49,973 bases of DNA, taken from positions 1-49,973 of the forward strand of contig CAZOKE010000003.1 of the NCBI GenBank assembly GCA_964580495.1, given 5' to 3'. Origin of the DNA: an uncultured Candidatus Saccharibacteria bacterium (lineage in GTDB: Bacteria > Patescibacteriota > Doudnabacteria > UBA920 > O2-02-FULL-48-8). A program made the position numbers and the translations under genes. The notes under the pieces were generated by a model, which did no database searches, had not been told where the DNA came from, and saw only the letters and a program-made list of their open reading frames with translations. Positions 37,685 through 45,797 of this stretch are shown in pieces. Position 1 is the first letter of the stretch; every line of letters begins with the position of its first letter.

Positions 37685-37734
37685 TTATTTGGCGGTTAAT
37701 TAATTGCGGCAATTTAAGAAAGGATGCTACCCAA

Positions 37735-38058
37735 ATGGAAGTGACTCTTAACGATAATAATTTCAAAAACGAAGTCCTAAACTCGGACAAACCTTTTTTG
37801 GTGGATTTTTGGGCGGAATGGTGCGGACCTTGCAAAATGGTTTCGCCGGCAGTATCCCAAATCGCCGAAGAAATGAAAGACCAGCTCAAAGTCGGCAAAA
37901 TCAACGTCGATGAAAATCCTCGGACTACGCAAGAATACCAAATTTTTTCCATTCCTTCGCTGAAAATCTTCAAAAACGGAAAGGTTATCGGCGAAATAGT
38001 CGGAGCAGCTCCCAAGCCCGTGATCGAACAGAAAGTGAGAAGCATAATTGGAGCCTAA
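37735..38058 (+). CDS. trxA: thioredoxin
   Basis: 107 aa with the WCGPC active site and a GAAAGGA SD. Confidence 0.94.
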   Translation: MEVTLNDNNFKNEVLNSDKPFLVDFWAEWCGPCKMVSPAVSQIAEEMKDQLKVGKINVDENPRTTQEYQIFSIPSLKIFKNGKVIGEIVGAAPKPVIEQKVRSIIGA

Positions 38059-38127
38059 TTCCAAAGACAGACCCCGTCAAAATAAAATTGCATTTGCGAG
38101 GAGCGCAAGCTTACGAAGCAATCTAAC

Positions 38128-38158
38128 CAAAAACCCCGTCATGCAGACGGGGTTTTTT
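38128..38158. terminator. bidirectional terminator
   Basis: AAACCCCGTC-atgca-GACGGGGTTT flanked by an A-run and a T-run. Confidence 0.75.
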
Positions 38159-38181
38159 ACAATACTTCCACCTACGCAAAA

Positions 38182-38460
38182 TTATTTAGTTATACTTCCC
38201 GATGCTGAGCCTGAGGCTGAACCGGATGCTCCCCCGGTGCTACTTGAACTTGAGCCAGTACCCGGACTTTGCACCGAAGGCGTTGAGCTGCCGGTGTTTG
38301 TATTCACAGAGCCTCTTCGCCCAAAGATGCTTGAGCCAAAGAACAGCAAAGCAAACAATACGATGAGTACGGCAATGATTGCCCAAATCCCGGCACCCGA
38401 TCCGGTATCGCGCTCCACATAATGCTCATGAGTTTCCGTAGGAGTGGTGTAGACTGCCAT
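38182..38460 (-). CDS. hypothetical small membrane protein with a Gly/Ser-rich tail
   Basis: 92 aa with an AAGGAG SD, one TM helix and a C-terminal GSSSSSTGGASGSASGSASGS tail. Confidence 0.6.
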   Translation of the reverse strand: MAVYTTPTETHEHYVERDTGSGAGIWAIIAVLIVLFALLFFGSSIFGRRGSVNTNTGSSTPSVQSPGTGSSSSSTGGASGSASGSASGSITK

Positions 38461-38498
38461 AATTTACTCCTTTTCCCGCATAGCGGGTTTAATTAATA

Positions 38499-38765
38499 TC
38501 AGTATCCCCGAGAAATCGGAGAGCGGAACGCACGCACAATCCAAAGCAGAACGATGGCGCCGATAATGGCCACAATCAAGCTTGAGATGTTGAAGCCGGT
38601 GACACTGGGACCACCAAACAGAGTCATAATCCATCCTCCCAACAATGCCCCGACAATCCCAACAATGATGTTTGCAGGTATGCCCATCGCCGCGTCCGTA
38701 CCCATGATAATGCTCGCTATCCATCCCGCAATGCCTCCCAATATAATCCATGCAATGACACTCAT
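38499..38765 (-). CDS. GlsB/YeaQ/YmgE family (transglycosylase-associated) stress membrane protein
   Basis: MSVIAWIILGGIAGWIAS... is the typical family N-terminus. I preferred the ATG at 38765, which has an AAAGGGG SD, over the upstream GTG. Confidence 0.82.
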   Translation of the reverse strand: MSVIAWIILGGIAGWIASIIMGTDAAMGIPANIIVGIVGALLGGWIMTLFGGPSVTGFNISSLIVAIIGAIVLLWIVRAFRSPISRGY

Positions 38766-38822
38766 TTTTATCACCCCTTTCGAAAATTAATTTTATAAAT
38801 TCTAAACTGATGAATTCAAAAT

Positions 38823-39149
38823 TTATGATTCCCGATTCCAGGCGTCTTTGATCCGATACCAGTGGAATTTGAGATCAGCCGCTAAATCCCGCAATTCGTT
38901 TTGAGATATTCCCCGCAATTTGCCGTAATTTGCCGCAACTTCATCCACCACCGAATCATATTTTTCCCGAGTCACATCGCCCATGCCGCGGATTTTGTTC
39001 ATCACATCGCGTTTCATGTCCTGGAAATCGGAATTTTCCTGGATTTTTTCTTTAACTTTTGGCCCGATCAAAGCCCAAACTGCCGCTCCGGCTATAAACG
39101 CCAGAACGCCTGTGCCAAAATAATTTTGTCTGCGTCGGTATAAATACAT
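38823..39149 (-). CDS. YtxH-like general stress protein
   Basis: 108 aa with an N-terminal TM/amphipathic segment followed by charged helices. Confidence 0.6.
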   Translation of the reverse strand: MYLYRRRQNYFGTGVLAFIAGAAVWALIGPKVKEKIQENSDFQDMKRDVMNKIRGMGDVTREKYDSVVDEVAANYGKLRGISQNELRDLAADLKFHWYRIKDAWNRES

Positions 39150-39153
39150 AAGT

Positions 39154-39372
39154 TTAGAAAATCATTTTTAATATTCTAATTATTGTTCTCGAGAAAGCCA
39201 GGTTTCTCCAAGTCCGGCCCATGTCCTCCATTTGCATGCGCATCCGTTCCATATTGCGCTTTGCCATGCGGCGGATGTTCAACACGGCCACAATCGCCAC
39301 AATCAGGAACAACCCAAACAGGATTGCGGCTATGCTTACGGTCCAGTAAAAAAATTCTCTGATTTGATCCAT
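39154..39372 (-). CDS. hypothetical single-TM protein
   Basis: 72 aa. It is the first gene of the small stress-protein string and sits 4 nt from the next gene. Confidence 0.5.
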   Translation of the reverse strand: MDQIREFFYWTVSIAAILFGLFLIVAIVAVLNIRRMAKRNMERMRMQMEDMGRTWRNLAFSRTIIRILKMIF

Positions 39373-39392
39373 GATGTGTATTTTAATAATTG

Positions 39393-39473
39393 ATGGCCCG
39401 TAAATAAATTACCTGCCGATAAACTTATCGGGCCTTGCATCCCATCTGATATCTAAAAAATATTACGGGCCAT
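39393..39473 (-). promoter_or_regulatory. structured 5' leader (11-bp closing helix plus inner hairpin)
   Basis: ATGGCCCGTAA (39393-39403) pairs with TTACGGGCCAT (39463-39473). The inner hairpin is CCGATAA/TTATCGG. A putative TTGAGA-16-TAATAT promoter lies just upstream on the minus strand. Confidence 0.4.
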
Positions 39474-39669
39474 GCTTGTATATTATCCTTATTTTGCATT
39501 ATCTCAATCGACTATTTAACTAAACATTTGGATGAGAATACAACGATCATTGATGATTAGTACAAACAAGTGGATAAGAAAATTTGTGTCTTAAAACAAA
39601 AAAACGCCCGGTTTTCCAGACATTGATTTCTTTCTCTCTTTTTACTTTTAAACTTTTATTTTTTAGATT

Positions 39670-40164
39670 TCAAGTGTGCCTATCCGCCACAGATGAGGCG
39701 CCATAAGAATCCGGCTTAGTCTTAACGGCAAAACCGGAACCTTTGATCATTCCGACGATCTCGTGGATCATTTTTTTGGTCTCGCCATTTGGGCCGACAT
39801 CAACATGAATCGTCAGGTTATAATCCGTAATGTTTTGCTGTTTCAGCCGCTCGATCAGCTGCTCGGCAAGCTTAAGCGAAAATAAAGCTTCCTGGAAAAT
39901 CCTTTGCCGCAGCGTATGCATTCCGACTTCAGTGCGCTTGGACCAAAAATAAATTCCGCCTTTGTTCTTGCGGTGAACCACGATTGCGGAAACAAATTCG
40001 GCCTTGGCTCCCGCACTCAAAAGCGAATCAGTCCCAATGATCAGTTCATAATCCAGCCCCGGAGCTACTCCCATATATTCTAGAAGTTTCTCAATGGTTT
40101 GGTCGAAATCCAATAATCCGTATGTCTGGCTTCGGAATTGTGGAAAGAAAAGTGGTTCGGTCAT
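39670..40164 (-). CDS. DUF458/YkuK-like RNase H-fold protein
   Basis: YELIIGTDS...GGIYFW...TIHVDVG...KPDSYGASSVADRHT resembles the YkuK family (from memory). The TTG start in the track lies inside the upstream terminator U-tract, so I preferred the ATG at 40164. Confidence 0.6.
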   Translation of the reverse strand: MTEPLFFPQFRSQTYGLLDFDQTIEKLLEYMGVAPGLDYELIIGTDSLLSAGAKAEFVSAIVVHRKNKGGIYFWSKRTEVGMHTLRQRIFQEALFSLKLAEQLIERLKQQNITDYNLTIHVDVGPNGETKKMIHEIVGMIKGSGFAVKTKPDSYGASSVADRHT

Positions 40165-40171
40165 ATAATCT

Positions 40172-40200
40172 ATTCTAATACTGCTCTCAATTTTTGACAA
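40172..40200 (-). promoter_or_regulatory. promoter TTGTCA-17-TAGAAT placed 7 nt from the ATG (leaderless transcript predicted)
   Basis: The minus strand reads TTGTCA aaaattgagagcagtat TAGAAT agattat ATG. Confidence 0.5.
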
Positions 40201-40210
40201 CGGACCAATC

Positions 40211-40240
40211 AAAACAAAAAAGCTCCGAGATATCGGAGCT
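40211..40240 (-). terminator. rho-independent terminator
   Basis: The minus strand has AGCTCCGA-tatc-TCGGAGCT followed by TTTTTTGTTTT. Confidence 0.8.
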
Positions 40241-40248
40241 GAAGTTTG

Positions 40249-40623
40249 CTATTGGTAGAGTTGCTGGACGTCTGAAGGCTTGATCTGCTGAATTTGGCTA
40301 GGAGTAATCCCGCCGCTGGAAAGCATTAGTTTCCCAAGCAAAACAAACAATATAATCGAAACGCAAGTTAGCACCACGCACAGCAGTGCCGCTTCTTCTC
40401 CGTCTTCTTTCCCCGAAAAATAAAATCGGAAAGCGTATATAAGCCCGAATGGCGGCACAGCCAAGGACACCAAATAACCCCAGCGCTTTTGCTTGGCGGG
40501 CAACAAATTTTTTTCATAGCCCTGCAGCGCTGCCAAACTCAAAGCCGCAACGTCGATATCTTTGTTGCCTTTGCCCAGTTCCTGGAATTTTTTGAGTTGT
40601 TTGGCTAACTCATCTTCGTTCAT
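40249..40623 (-). CDS. hypothetical membrane protein
   Basis: 124 aa with two TM helices. It sits 1 nt from the upstream protease gene. Confidence 0.6.
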   Translation of the reverse strand: MNEDELAKQLKKFQELGKGNKDIDVAALSLAALQGYEKNLLPAKQKRWGYLVSLAVPPFGLIYAFRFYFSGKEDGEEAALLCVVLTCVSIILFVLLGKLMLSSGGITPSQIQQIKPSDVQQLYQ

Positions 40624-40624
40624 A

Positions 40625-41692
40625 CTATTTATTCAAAACTGTTTTTATAATCGCTTTCACGGTATTGATCGGGATGGAAAAACTGATATTGCTCGAGCCT
40701 TGCACGGTTGCGACGTTGATGCCCACGACGTTGCCGTTTAAGTCGGCAAGCGGCCCTCCCGAGTTTCCAGGATTGATCGCGGCATCGGTTTGCAAAACTC
40801 CGTCCAACTCTTCGGTCCCAGTTTCGCCCGACGCCTGGATGCTGCGGTTTAAACCGGAAATAATCCCCACGGAAACGGAATTATTGTATTCCCCTAATGC
40901 GTTGCCTATGGCAATCACAGTCTGGCCCAGCTTCAGAGCCGACGAATCGCCAAAAGTAACTTTCTGGTACCCGGTGCCGTCGATCTTTACTATCGCAATA
41001 TCATTGGTCGGGTCTTTGTAAATCACTTTTGCGGTTTTCTGTTTGCCGTTGGAAAGCAAAACCGTGTAGTCAGCCGCGTCGTCAAACACCACGTGCTTGT
41101 TCGTAAGGATATAGCCGTCGGAACTGATGATAAACCCGCTTCCAGCGCCGATTTTTTGGCGCTGCACGCCGTTCTGCTGGTACACGGGAACCTGGATGCC
41201 GAGGTTCTGGAAAAACGGGTCATTGCCAAACGGGTTTTCGTAAACCACGGACAGCTGCGGCACATCTTTCGAAATCACTATCGAGACTACGGAAGGCGTT
41301 ACCGCCCCCACCGCATCCGTCAGGATTTGGTCCTGAGACTTGGCATGAATTTCCTGCAAATGGTCGATCTGGGCCGAGGCGGCTTGCTGAGCTTTTTGGT
41401 CCGAAGCAACACTCTTCTGCAAATCCCCAACTTGCTTCTGCAAGCCAGCGATTATCGAGTTGTATTGGTTCTGCTGCTTCTGCCAATATGTCAGTCCGCC
41501 ATAACCCGCAGCGCCCATTAGAGCCAAAATCACCAAAACTGCCAAAGATTTTGTGCTTAAACCGGATTGGATCTGCTCGCGCGCCTCGGCTGGGGCGGGT
41601 GTTTGAGGGTCTGTTTGGGCCTGTTGGGTTTCCGGCTCAGGCAATGCCGGTTCAGCCGGTTGAGTCGGCTGCGGAATATTTTCTTCTGTCAT
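40625..41692 (-). CDS. HtrA-like trypsin-fold serine protease without a PDZ domain, membrane anchored
   Basis: The catalytic triad contexts are LTNKHVV, DIAIVKI and GNSGGPL. The N-terminus is Pro/Gln-rich with a TM helix and a coiled coil. The protein ends right after the protease domain. Confidence 0.85.
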   Translation of the reverse strand: MTEENIPQPTQPAEPALPEPETQQAQTDPQTPAPAEAREQIQSGLSTKSLAVLVILALMGAAGYGGLTYWQKQQNQYNSIIAGLQKQVGDLQKSVASDQKAQQAASAQIDHLQEIHAKSQDQILTDAVGAVTPSVVSIVISKDVPQLSVVYENPFGNDPFFQNLGIQVPVYQQNGVQRQKIGAGSGFIISSDGYILTNKHVVFDDAADYTVLLSNGKQKTAKVIYKDPTNDIAIVKIDGTGYQKVTFGDSSALKLGQTVIAIGNALGEYNNSVSVGIISGLNRSIQASGETGTEELDGVLQTDAAINPGNSGGPLADLNGNVVGINVATVQGSSNISFSIPINTVKAIIKTVLNK

Positions 41693-42351
41693 GATTTTCT
41701 TTTTATTAATTCGTAATCATGAGGGAATAAATGTTTGGAAATTGCAAATATGCTGTAAGTCATGAATGGAGCGGCAAACACATCTATGGAATAATGCACG
41801 TGCGCCAAAAGCACAGCGATGGCAAAAGTTATACTGATCAAAATAAACAGATCGCGCCAGAATTTATCTTTCCAAAAAATCAATGCCATGAGGAATGGTG
41901 TGCCGGTGTGACCGGAAAAGAAAAAGTCATTTTTGGAATTATAGAGAACATTGTAAATGCCGTAGCCGATGCTGTTTACGTCGTGAGCCAGCATTTTCGG
42001 GTCCTGGCCCAAGTGCGTCAAGCAAATAGAGGCTGATCGGACTATTATAAAAATAGCAAACGCCTTGGCGGTGAAAGTTATGTAGCGTGGGCGCGTAATC
42101 AGCAGCAGAAGCACGATCAAGGTCAGCACTAGCGCCCCTTGGACAATCAGAAAATCGATATCAATAGTCGGCAAATGGCTCAAGATCAGATCGCCTACCG
42201 GAATGCCGACCACCTTGCTGGTATACATGTCCGCAAACTTCTGGACCATCAATGCCAAAACAAACATGAGCAGCGCTTCCAGCAAAAAAATCCCGCGCTG
42301 GTGGTTCCAGAACTTTTTGTGTTTCAGATATAGGCTGTGAAAATATTTCAT
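41689..42351 (-). CDS. PAP2_C / sphingomyelin-synthase-like phosphotransferase-family membrane protein
   Basis: 220 aa, polytopic, with the motifs FFFSGHTGTP and HVHYSIDV. Confidence 0.68.
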   Translation of the reverse strand: MKYFHSLYLKHKKFWNHQRGIFLLEALLMFVLALMVQKFADMYTSKVVGIPVGDLILSHLPTIDIDFLIVQGALVLTLIVLLLLITRPRYITFTAKAFAIFIIVRSASICLTHLGQDPKMLAHDVNSIGYGIYNVLYNSKNDFFFSGHTGTPFLMALIFWKDKFWRDLFILISITFAIAVLLAHVHYSIDVFAAPFMTYSIFAISKHLFPHDYELIKRKS

Positions 42352-42411
42352 TTTTGTTTGTAAATTGATTATAGCATAATAAAAATGGCCTTTCTAACCA
42401 AAGTCGGACTG

Positions 42412-42440
42412 TTGAAAATGTGCCAAAAATCTGGTATATT
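42412..42440 (+). promoter_or_regulatory. promoter TTGAAA-17-TGgTATATT (extended -10) for the tRNA-Gln unit
   Basis: Hexamers at 42412-42417 and 42435-42440. Confidence 0.55.
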
Positions 42441-42472
42441 TATTAAGCTTTACCGAATTTACAAATAATTGA

Positions 42473-42523
42473 TGGGGAGTCGCCAAGTGGTATGGCACCG
42501 CCCTTTGGAGGCGGCATTCGAAG
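42473..42523 (+). pseudogene. 5' fragment of tRNA-Gln (first 51 nt, 50/51 identical to the intact copy)
   Basis: It covers the acceptor 5' strand, D arm, anticodon arm (TTG), variable loop and 4 nt of the T stem, then diverges into an inverted-repeat arm. Confidence 0.7.
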
Positions 42524-42561
42524 ACACGCCCCGCACCAATTTCAAATTACGCTCAGCTGGT

Positions 42562-42636
42562 TGGGGAGTCGCCAAGTGGTAAGGCACCGCCCTTTGGAGG
42601 CGGCATTCGAAGGTTCGAATCCTTCCTCCCCAGCCA
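42562..42636 (+). tRNA. tRNA-Gln (anticodon TTG)
   Basis: 75-nt cloverleaf with a U1-A72 pair (TGGGGAG/CTCCCCA), loop CTTTGGA, T-loop TTCGAAT and CCA encoded. Confidence 0.9.
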
Positions 42637-42703
42637 ACTGAATCATAATTTGATCAAATTGGTGCGGGGTGAAAATCTTTTCTCCCCAGCCAAATATATT
42701 AAA

Positions 42704-42731
42704 CAAAAAAACCCCGCATCGGGGTTTTTCT
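42704..42731. terminator. bidirectional terminator
   Basis: AAAACCCCG-cat-CGGGGTTTTT. It sits between the tRNA-Gln unit and the convergent dnaX. Confidence 0.75.
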
Positions 42732-42746
42732 AATTACTCGTTACTA

Positions 42747-44279
42747 CTACTCTATCTCACCTCCCATAATCTTAAGGGCGGACTCCATGAGGTTTTGGTC
42801 TGGGTCAGATGGTTTGCTATTATCGGTTTGATTTTCCGAAACCGGCTCTCCCCAATCTTTTTCCAAAATCGGTTTTATCATAAGCTTTTGGCCTGTGACT
42901 TCTTCAATCACCTGGTCCACTACTATTTTATTCTTTCGCTGTTCCACCGCATCTTTATGGAATTTATAGGGGAAAGTTACCAGCAGGTCGCGGCCTTGGA
43001 CTGCGACAGGTTTGGCTAATTTTAGGCTTGGTATGAGTGAGTGGTTATAATCTTTCAGTTTTTCCAGAATTTGGGGCCAATGCGATAAAACATTTTGCAA
43101 ACCATCATTGTCATTCTGAGCCGCAGGCGAAGAATCTGCAGTTTGATCAGTTTTCAGATCCTTCACTTCATTCAGGATGACAGGTGCGGATTTAGAGCCC
43201 GCAATCGAAGCCGCTTCGACAGCTGCTAGCTCCAACGGCAAACTTTGGATGCTCGACCATTTGATCTCGCTTCCAGCTTTTTGGAAAATTTCCGTAATAC
43301 GGATTAATTTCGCCAGATCGGTTTTGGCCGCGAGTTCTCCCATTTCTCGCTCCATTTCAGAAGAAAAACCGAATGAAGTCTTGGCTCCGACTTTGATTAT
43401 CAAAACTTTGCGCAAGTATTCCAAAAAGTCTTTTTGGAATTGATAAAGATCTTTGCCGTCATAAAGCAATTTGGAAATAAAATCCACGGCGTCTTTGCTT
43501 TTGCCTTCCAAAATCAAATCCAAAAAATCATGGGTGGTTTTCAGGCTGGTCAGGCCGAGGACATCCTCCACCAGGTCAGCTTCAAGTTTATCGGATGTAT
43601 AGTTGAAAACCTGGTCCAGCAAAGACAAACCGTCGCGGAAGCTTCCGTCAGCCGCAGCAGCTATAGTCACCAAAGCTTCTGGCGTAGCTTCGATATTGTT
43701 GTCTTTGCAGACAAAACCCAGCCGCTGCACCAAATCTGCAATTGAGGCTTTTTTAAAATCAAATCTTTGGGTGCGTGAAACTATTGTTGCCGGGACTTTT
43801 TGGATTTCTGTGGTGGCCAAAACAAAAATTGCATGTGCCGGCGGCTCTTCCAGGGTTTTGAGCAAAGCATTGAAAGCGCCTTTGGACAGCATGTGGACTT
43901 CGTCGATAATTATGACTTTATAAGTTGCCCGGGTCGGAGCGAATTGCAGGTGTTCGATAAGTTCACGGATGTTGTCGACGCCGGTGTGCGAGGCAGCATC
44001 GATTTCCAATATATCCAGCGAGGTTCCGGCCAAAAACTCTTTGCACAAATCACAGGAATTGCACGGCTCCCCGTCCTTGCGGTTTGGGCAATTCACAGAC
44101 CGTGCATAAATTCGCGCCAAAGTGGTCTTGCCTACTCCGCGAGGTCCGGTGAAAAGGTAGGCATGCCCAATTCGCCCGCTGGTCACGGAATTTTTGAGCG
44201 TGGTTTTGATGTGCTCCTGGTTAACCACGTCGGCAAAATTCAAGGGCCTGTATTTGCGATAAAGTACAAGATTGGACAT
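42747..44279 (-). CDS. dnaX: DNA polymerase III subunit gamma/tau
   Basis: 510 aa with YRPLNF, the P-loop GPRGVGKTT, a zinc module (CPNRKDGEPCNSCDLC) and DEVHML. Confidence 0.93.
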   Translation of the reverse strand: MSNLVLYRKYRPLNFADVVNQEHIKTTLKNSVTSGRIGHAYLFTGPRGVGKTTLARIYARSVNCPNRKDGEPCNSCDLCKEFLAGTSLDILEIDAASHTGVDNIRELIEHLQFAPTRATYKVIIIDEVHMLSKGAFNALLKTLEEPPAHAIFVLATTEIQKVPATIVSRTQRFDFKKASIADLVQRLGFVCKDNNIEATPEALVTIAAAADGSFRDGLSLLDQVFNYTSDKLEADLVEDVLGLTSLKTTHDFLDLILEGKSKDAVDFISKLLYDGKDLYQFQKDFLEYLRKVLIIKVGAKTSFGFSSEMEREMGELAAKTDLAKLIRITEIFQKAGSEIKWSSIQSLPLELAAVEAASIAGSKSAPVILNEVKDLKTDQTADSSPAAQNDNDGLQNVLSHWPQILEKLKDYNHSLIPSLKLAKPVAVQGRDLLVTFPYKFHKDAVEQRKNKIVVDQVIEEVTGQKLMIKPILEKDWGEPVSENQTDNSKPSDPDQNLMESALKIMGGEIE

Positions 44280-44359
44280 AAGTTTTGGCTCTTTATTTTA
44301 GCACGAATTTACACAAATAAAAAAGCCCTGTTAGGCTTCCAGAAAAAATTGATAAAAAT

Positions 44360-44812
44360 CTAGTTTTTAAAGACGAACAGCTTATATCCGATGAAGTTCC
44401 AAATCAAACTCACGCCTGTCGCGACCACGGCCGCGACATTGAGCCAAAGCTGGGCGGATATCCCAAACATGGGATTCACATGGTTCGTAATCACATACAC
44501 AATCCCGGAATTTATGAGCAGCCCGATGATGCTGACAACCAAAAATAAAGTCGGCTTGCGCCCGCCTTCAGCGCTATTTTTGTCATGAAAAGCCCAGTGC
44601 TTATTCATGAAATAGCTGTTTGTGGTGGCCACGACAAAAGCGGCCATAGTGATCCAAATTACTTTTTCGCCCTTGTTGATGTGAAAAATAAATGAAAGCA
44701 AATTTAACACAGCAAAGTTGATTGCTGTGTTGATGATGCCAACCACCACGAATCTTAGGAACTGACCAATCAGGTAGCCGTATTTTTTTTCAACCGTCTC
44801 GACTAATGCCAT
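44360..44812 (-). CDS. GtrA family membrane protein
   Basis: 150 aa with 4 TM helices and the GtrA-like pattern (FLRFVVVGIINTAINF...). Confidence 0.8.
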   Translation of the reverse strand: MALVETVEKKYGYLIGQFLRFVVVGIINTAINFAVLNLLSFIFHINKGEKVIWITMAAFVVATTNSYFMNKHWAFHDKNSAEGGRKPTLFLVVSIIGLLINSGIVYVITNHVNPMFGISAQLWLNVAAVVATGVSLIWNFIGYKLFVFKN

Positions 44813-44817
44813 TAAAA

Positions 44818-45423
44818 TTATAGTTCTTCTAATTCTGTTTCGTCTGAGCTTTTGGACGGACTTGGGGTTTGGGCCACACCGCCGCTACCTGCTTTGATAA
44901 CATTTTCCACCGCGCCCCAAACCGCTTCCTTGTCTTTGGGCAACACAACCGTGACTTCATCGCCCGGTTCGGCTTTGAAGTATGTCAAGCTGGCCAGCAA
45001 AACTTTATAACTTTTACCTTCGGCTATTACTTTATACTCGCCCTTTTCATCCTGGGTCAGCATGCCCAAAACTTTCCGGCGCTCAATCGGTCCGATTTGC
45101 TTGTAAATAAATGAGCCGTCATCGGCAATGGTCAATTTGAGGACGTCGCCTTCCACGAGTTTGCTCTTGGATGCGTAGTTGGCAGGCACGGGATATTGTT
45201 TGCCGTCAGGGCCGATCATGTTTTGGCCGTCAAAAATGCCTTCAATAATCTTGCCGCCTTCGGCCACGCTCAAAACTTGGGCCTTGCGCGACAATTCAGT
45301 AGGATCCACCGAGCTCACCCGGCCGCCCATAATATCCCGCAAAAGCTGTTTTGCGGACTGGATGTTTTTTTCCGCAGATTCGATCATCTGCGCAATTAAG
45401 GCTAGGTTGGTTGTATTATCCAT
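44818..45423 (-). CDS. hypothetical protein
   Basis: 201 aa with an N-terminal helix, a beta-rich middle and an acidic tail. No motif recognised. Confidence 0.6.
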   Translation of the reverse strand: MDNTTNLALIAQMIESAEKNIQSAKQLLRDIMGGRVSSVDPTELSRKAQVLSVAEGGKIIEGIFDGQNMIGPDGKQYPVPANYASKSKLVEGDVLKLTIADDGSFIYKQIGPIERRKVLGMLTQDEKGEYKVIAEGKSYKVLLASLTYFKAEPGDEVTVVLPKDKEAVWGAVENVIKAGSGGVAQTPSPSKSSDETELEEL

Positions 45424-45633
45424 AATTCGTTAGTCTTTTTCTTAATTTCGGTTTCTAAACACGTCGTTGCTAACTTACTATAATACCGTTAAATCTTGAT
45501 TTTCTTCCAAAAACTCAAGCAATACCTGAATAGTTTACCTATTTATCCACAGGGTGTCAATATAGAAAACCCCTAAATTTAATTTATCTGTTTGTTTCTA
45601 AAATAACTGATTTTTAGTAATTTAATTATAGCA

Positions 45634-45657
45634 AATTTGCGCTTCAAAGCGCAAATT
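45634..45657 (-). terminator. hairpin at the end of the T4CP-like operon
   Basis: AATTTGCGC-ttcaaa-GCGCAAATT, a 9-bp stem overlapping the stop of the small ORF. The U-tract is weak. Confidence 0.4.
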
Positions 45658-45796
45658 ATTTCGCTAAGGCTTCAAACCTTTTCATTGGCTTGATTTCGCT
45701 TTCCAAAAGCGCTGCCATTTCCAGCATCAGCTCTTCGCTGTATTCAACGTTTGTTTCTGCCGCTTCGTTATATTCCTGGCTTTCTTTGGATTCCAT
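45656..45796 (-). CDS. possible 46-aa acidic protein
   Basis: MESKESQEYNEAAETNVEYSEELMLEMAALLESEIKPMKRFEALAK. The ATG lies 1 nt after the stop of the upstream gene, and a hairpin follows. It is below the ORF-track cutoff. Confidence 0.35.
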   Translation of the reverse strand: MESKESQEYNEAAETNVEYSEELMLEMAALLESEIKPMKRFEALAK

Positions 45797-45797
45797 A

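Noticed and set aside
37596-38064. Minus-strand ORFs (149 aa and 95 aa) overlapping trxA
   Set aside because: trxA on the plus strand is unambiguous (WCGPC, full-length thioredoxin). The antisense frames have no signals or motifs.
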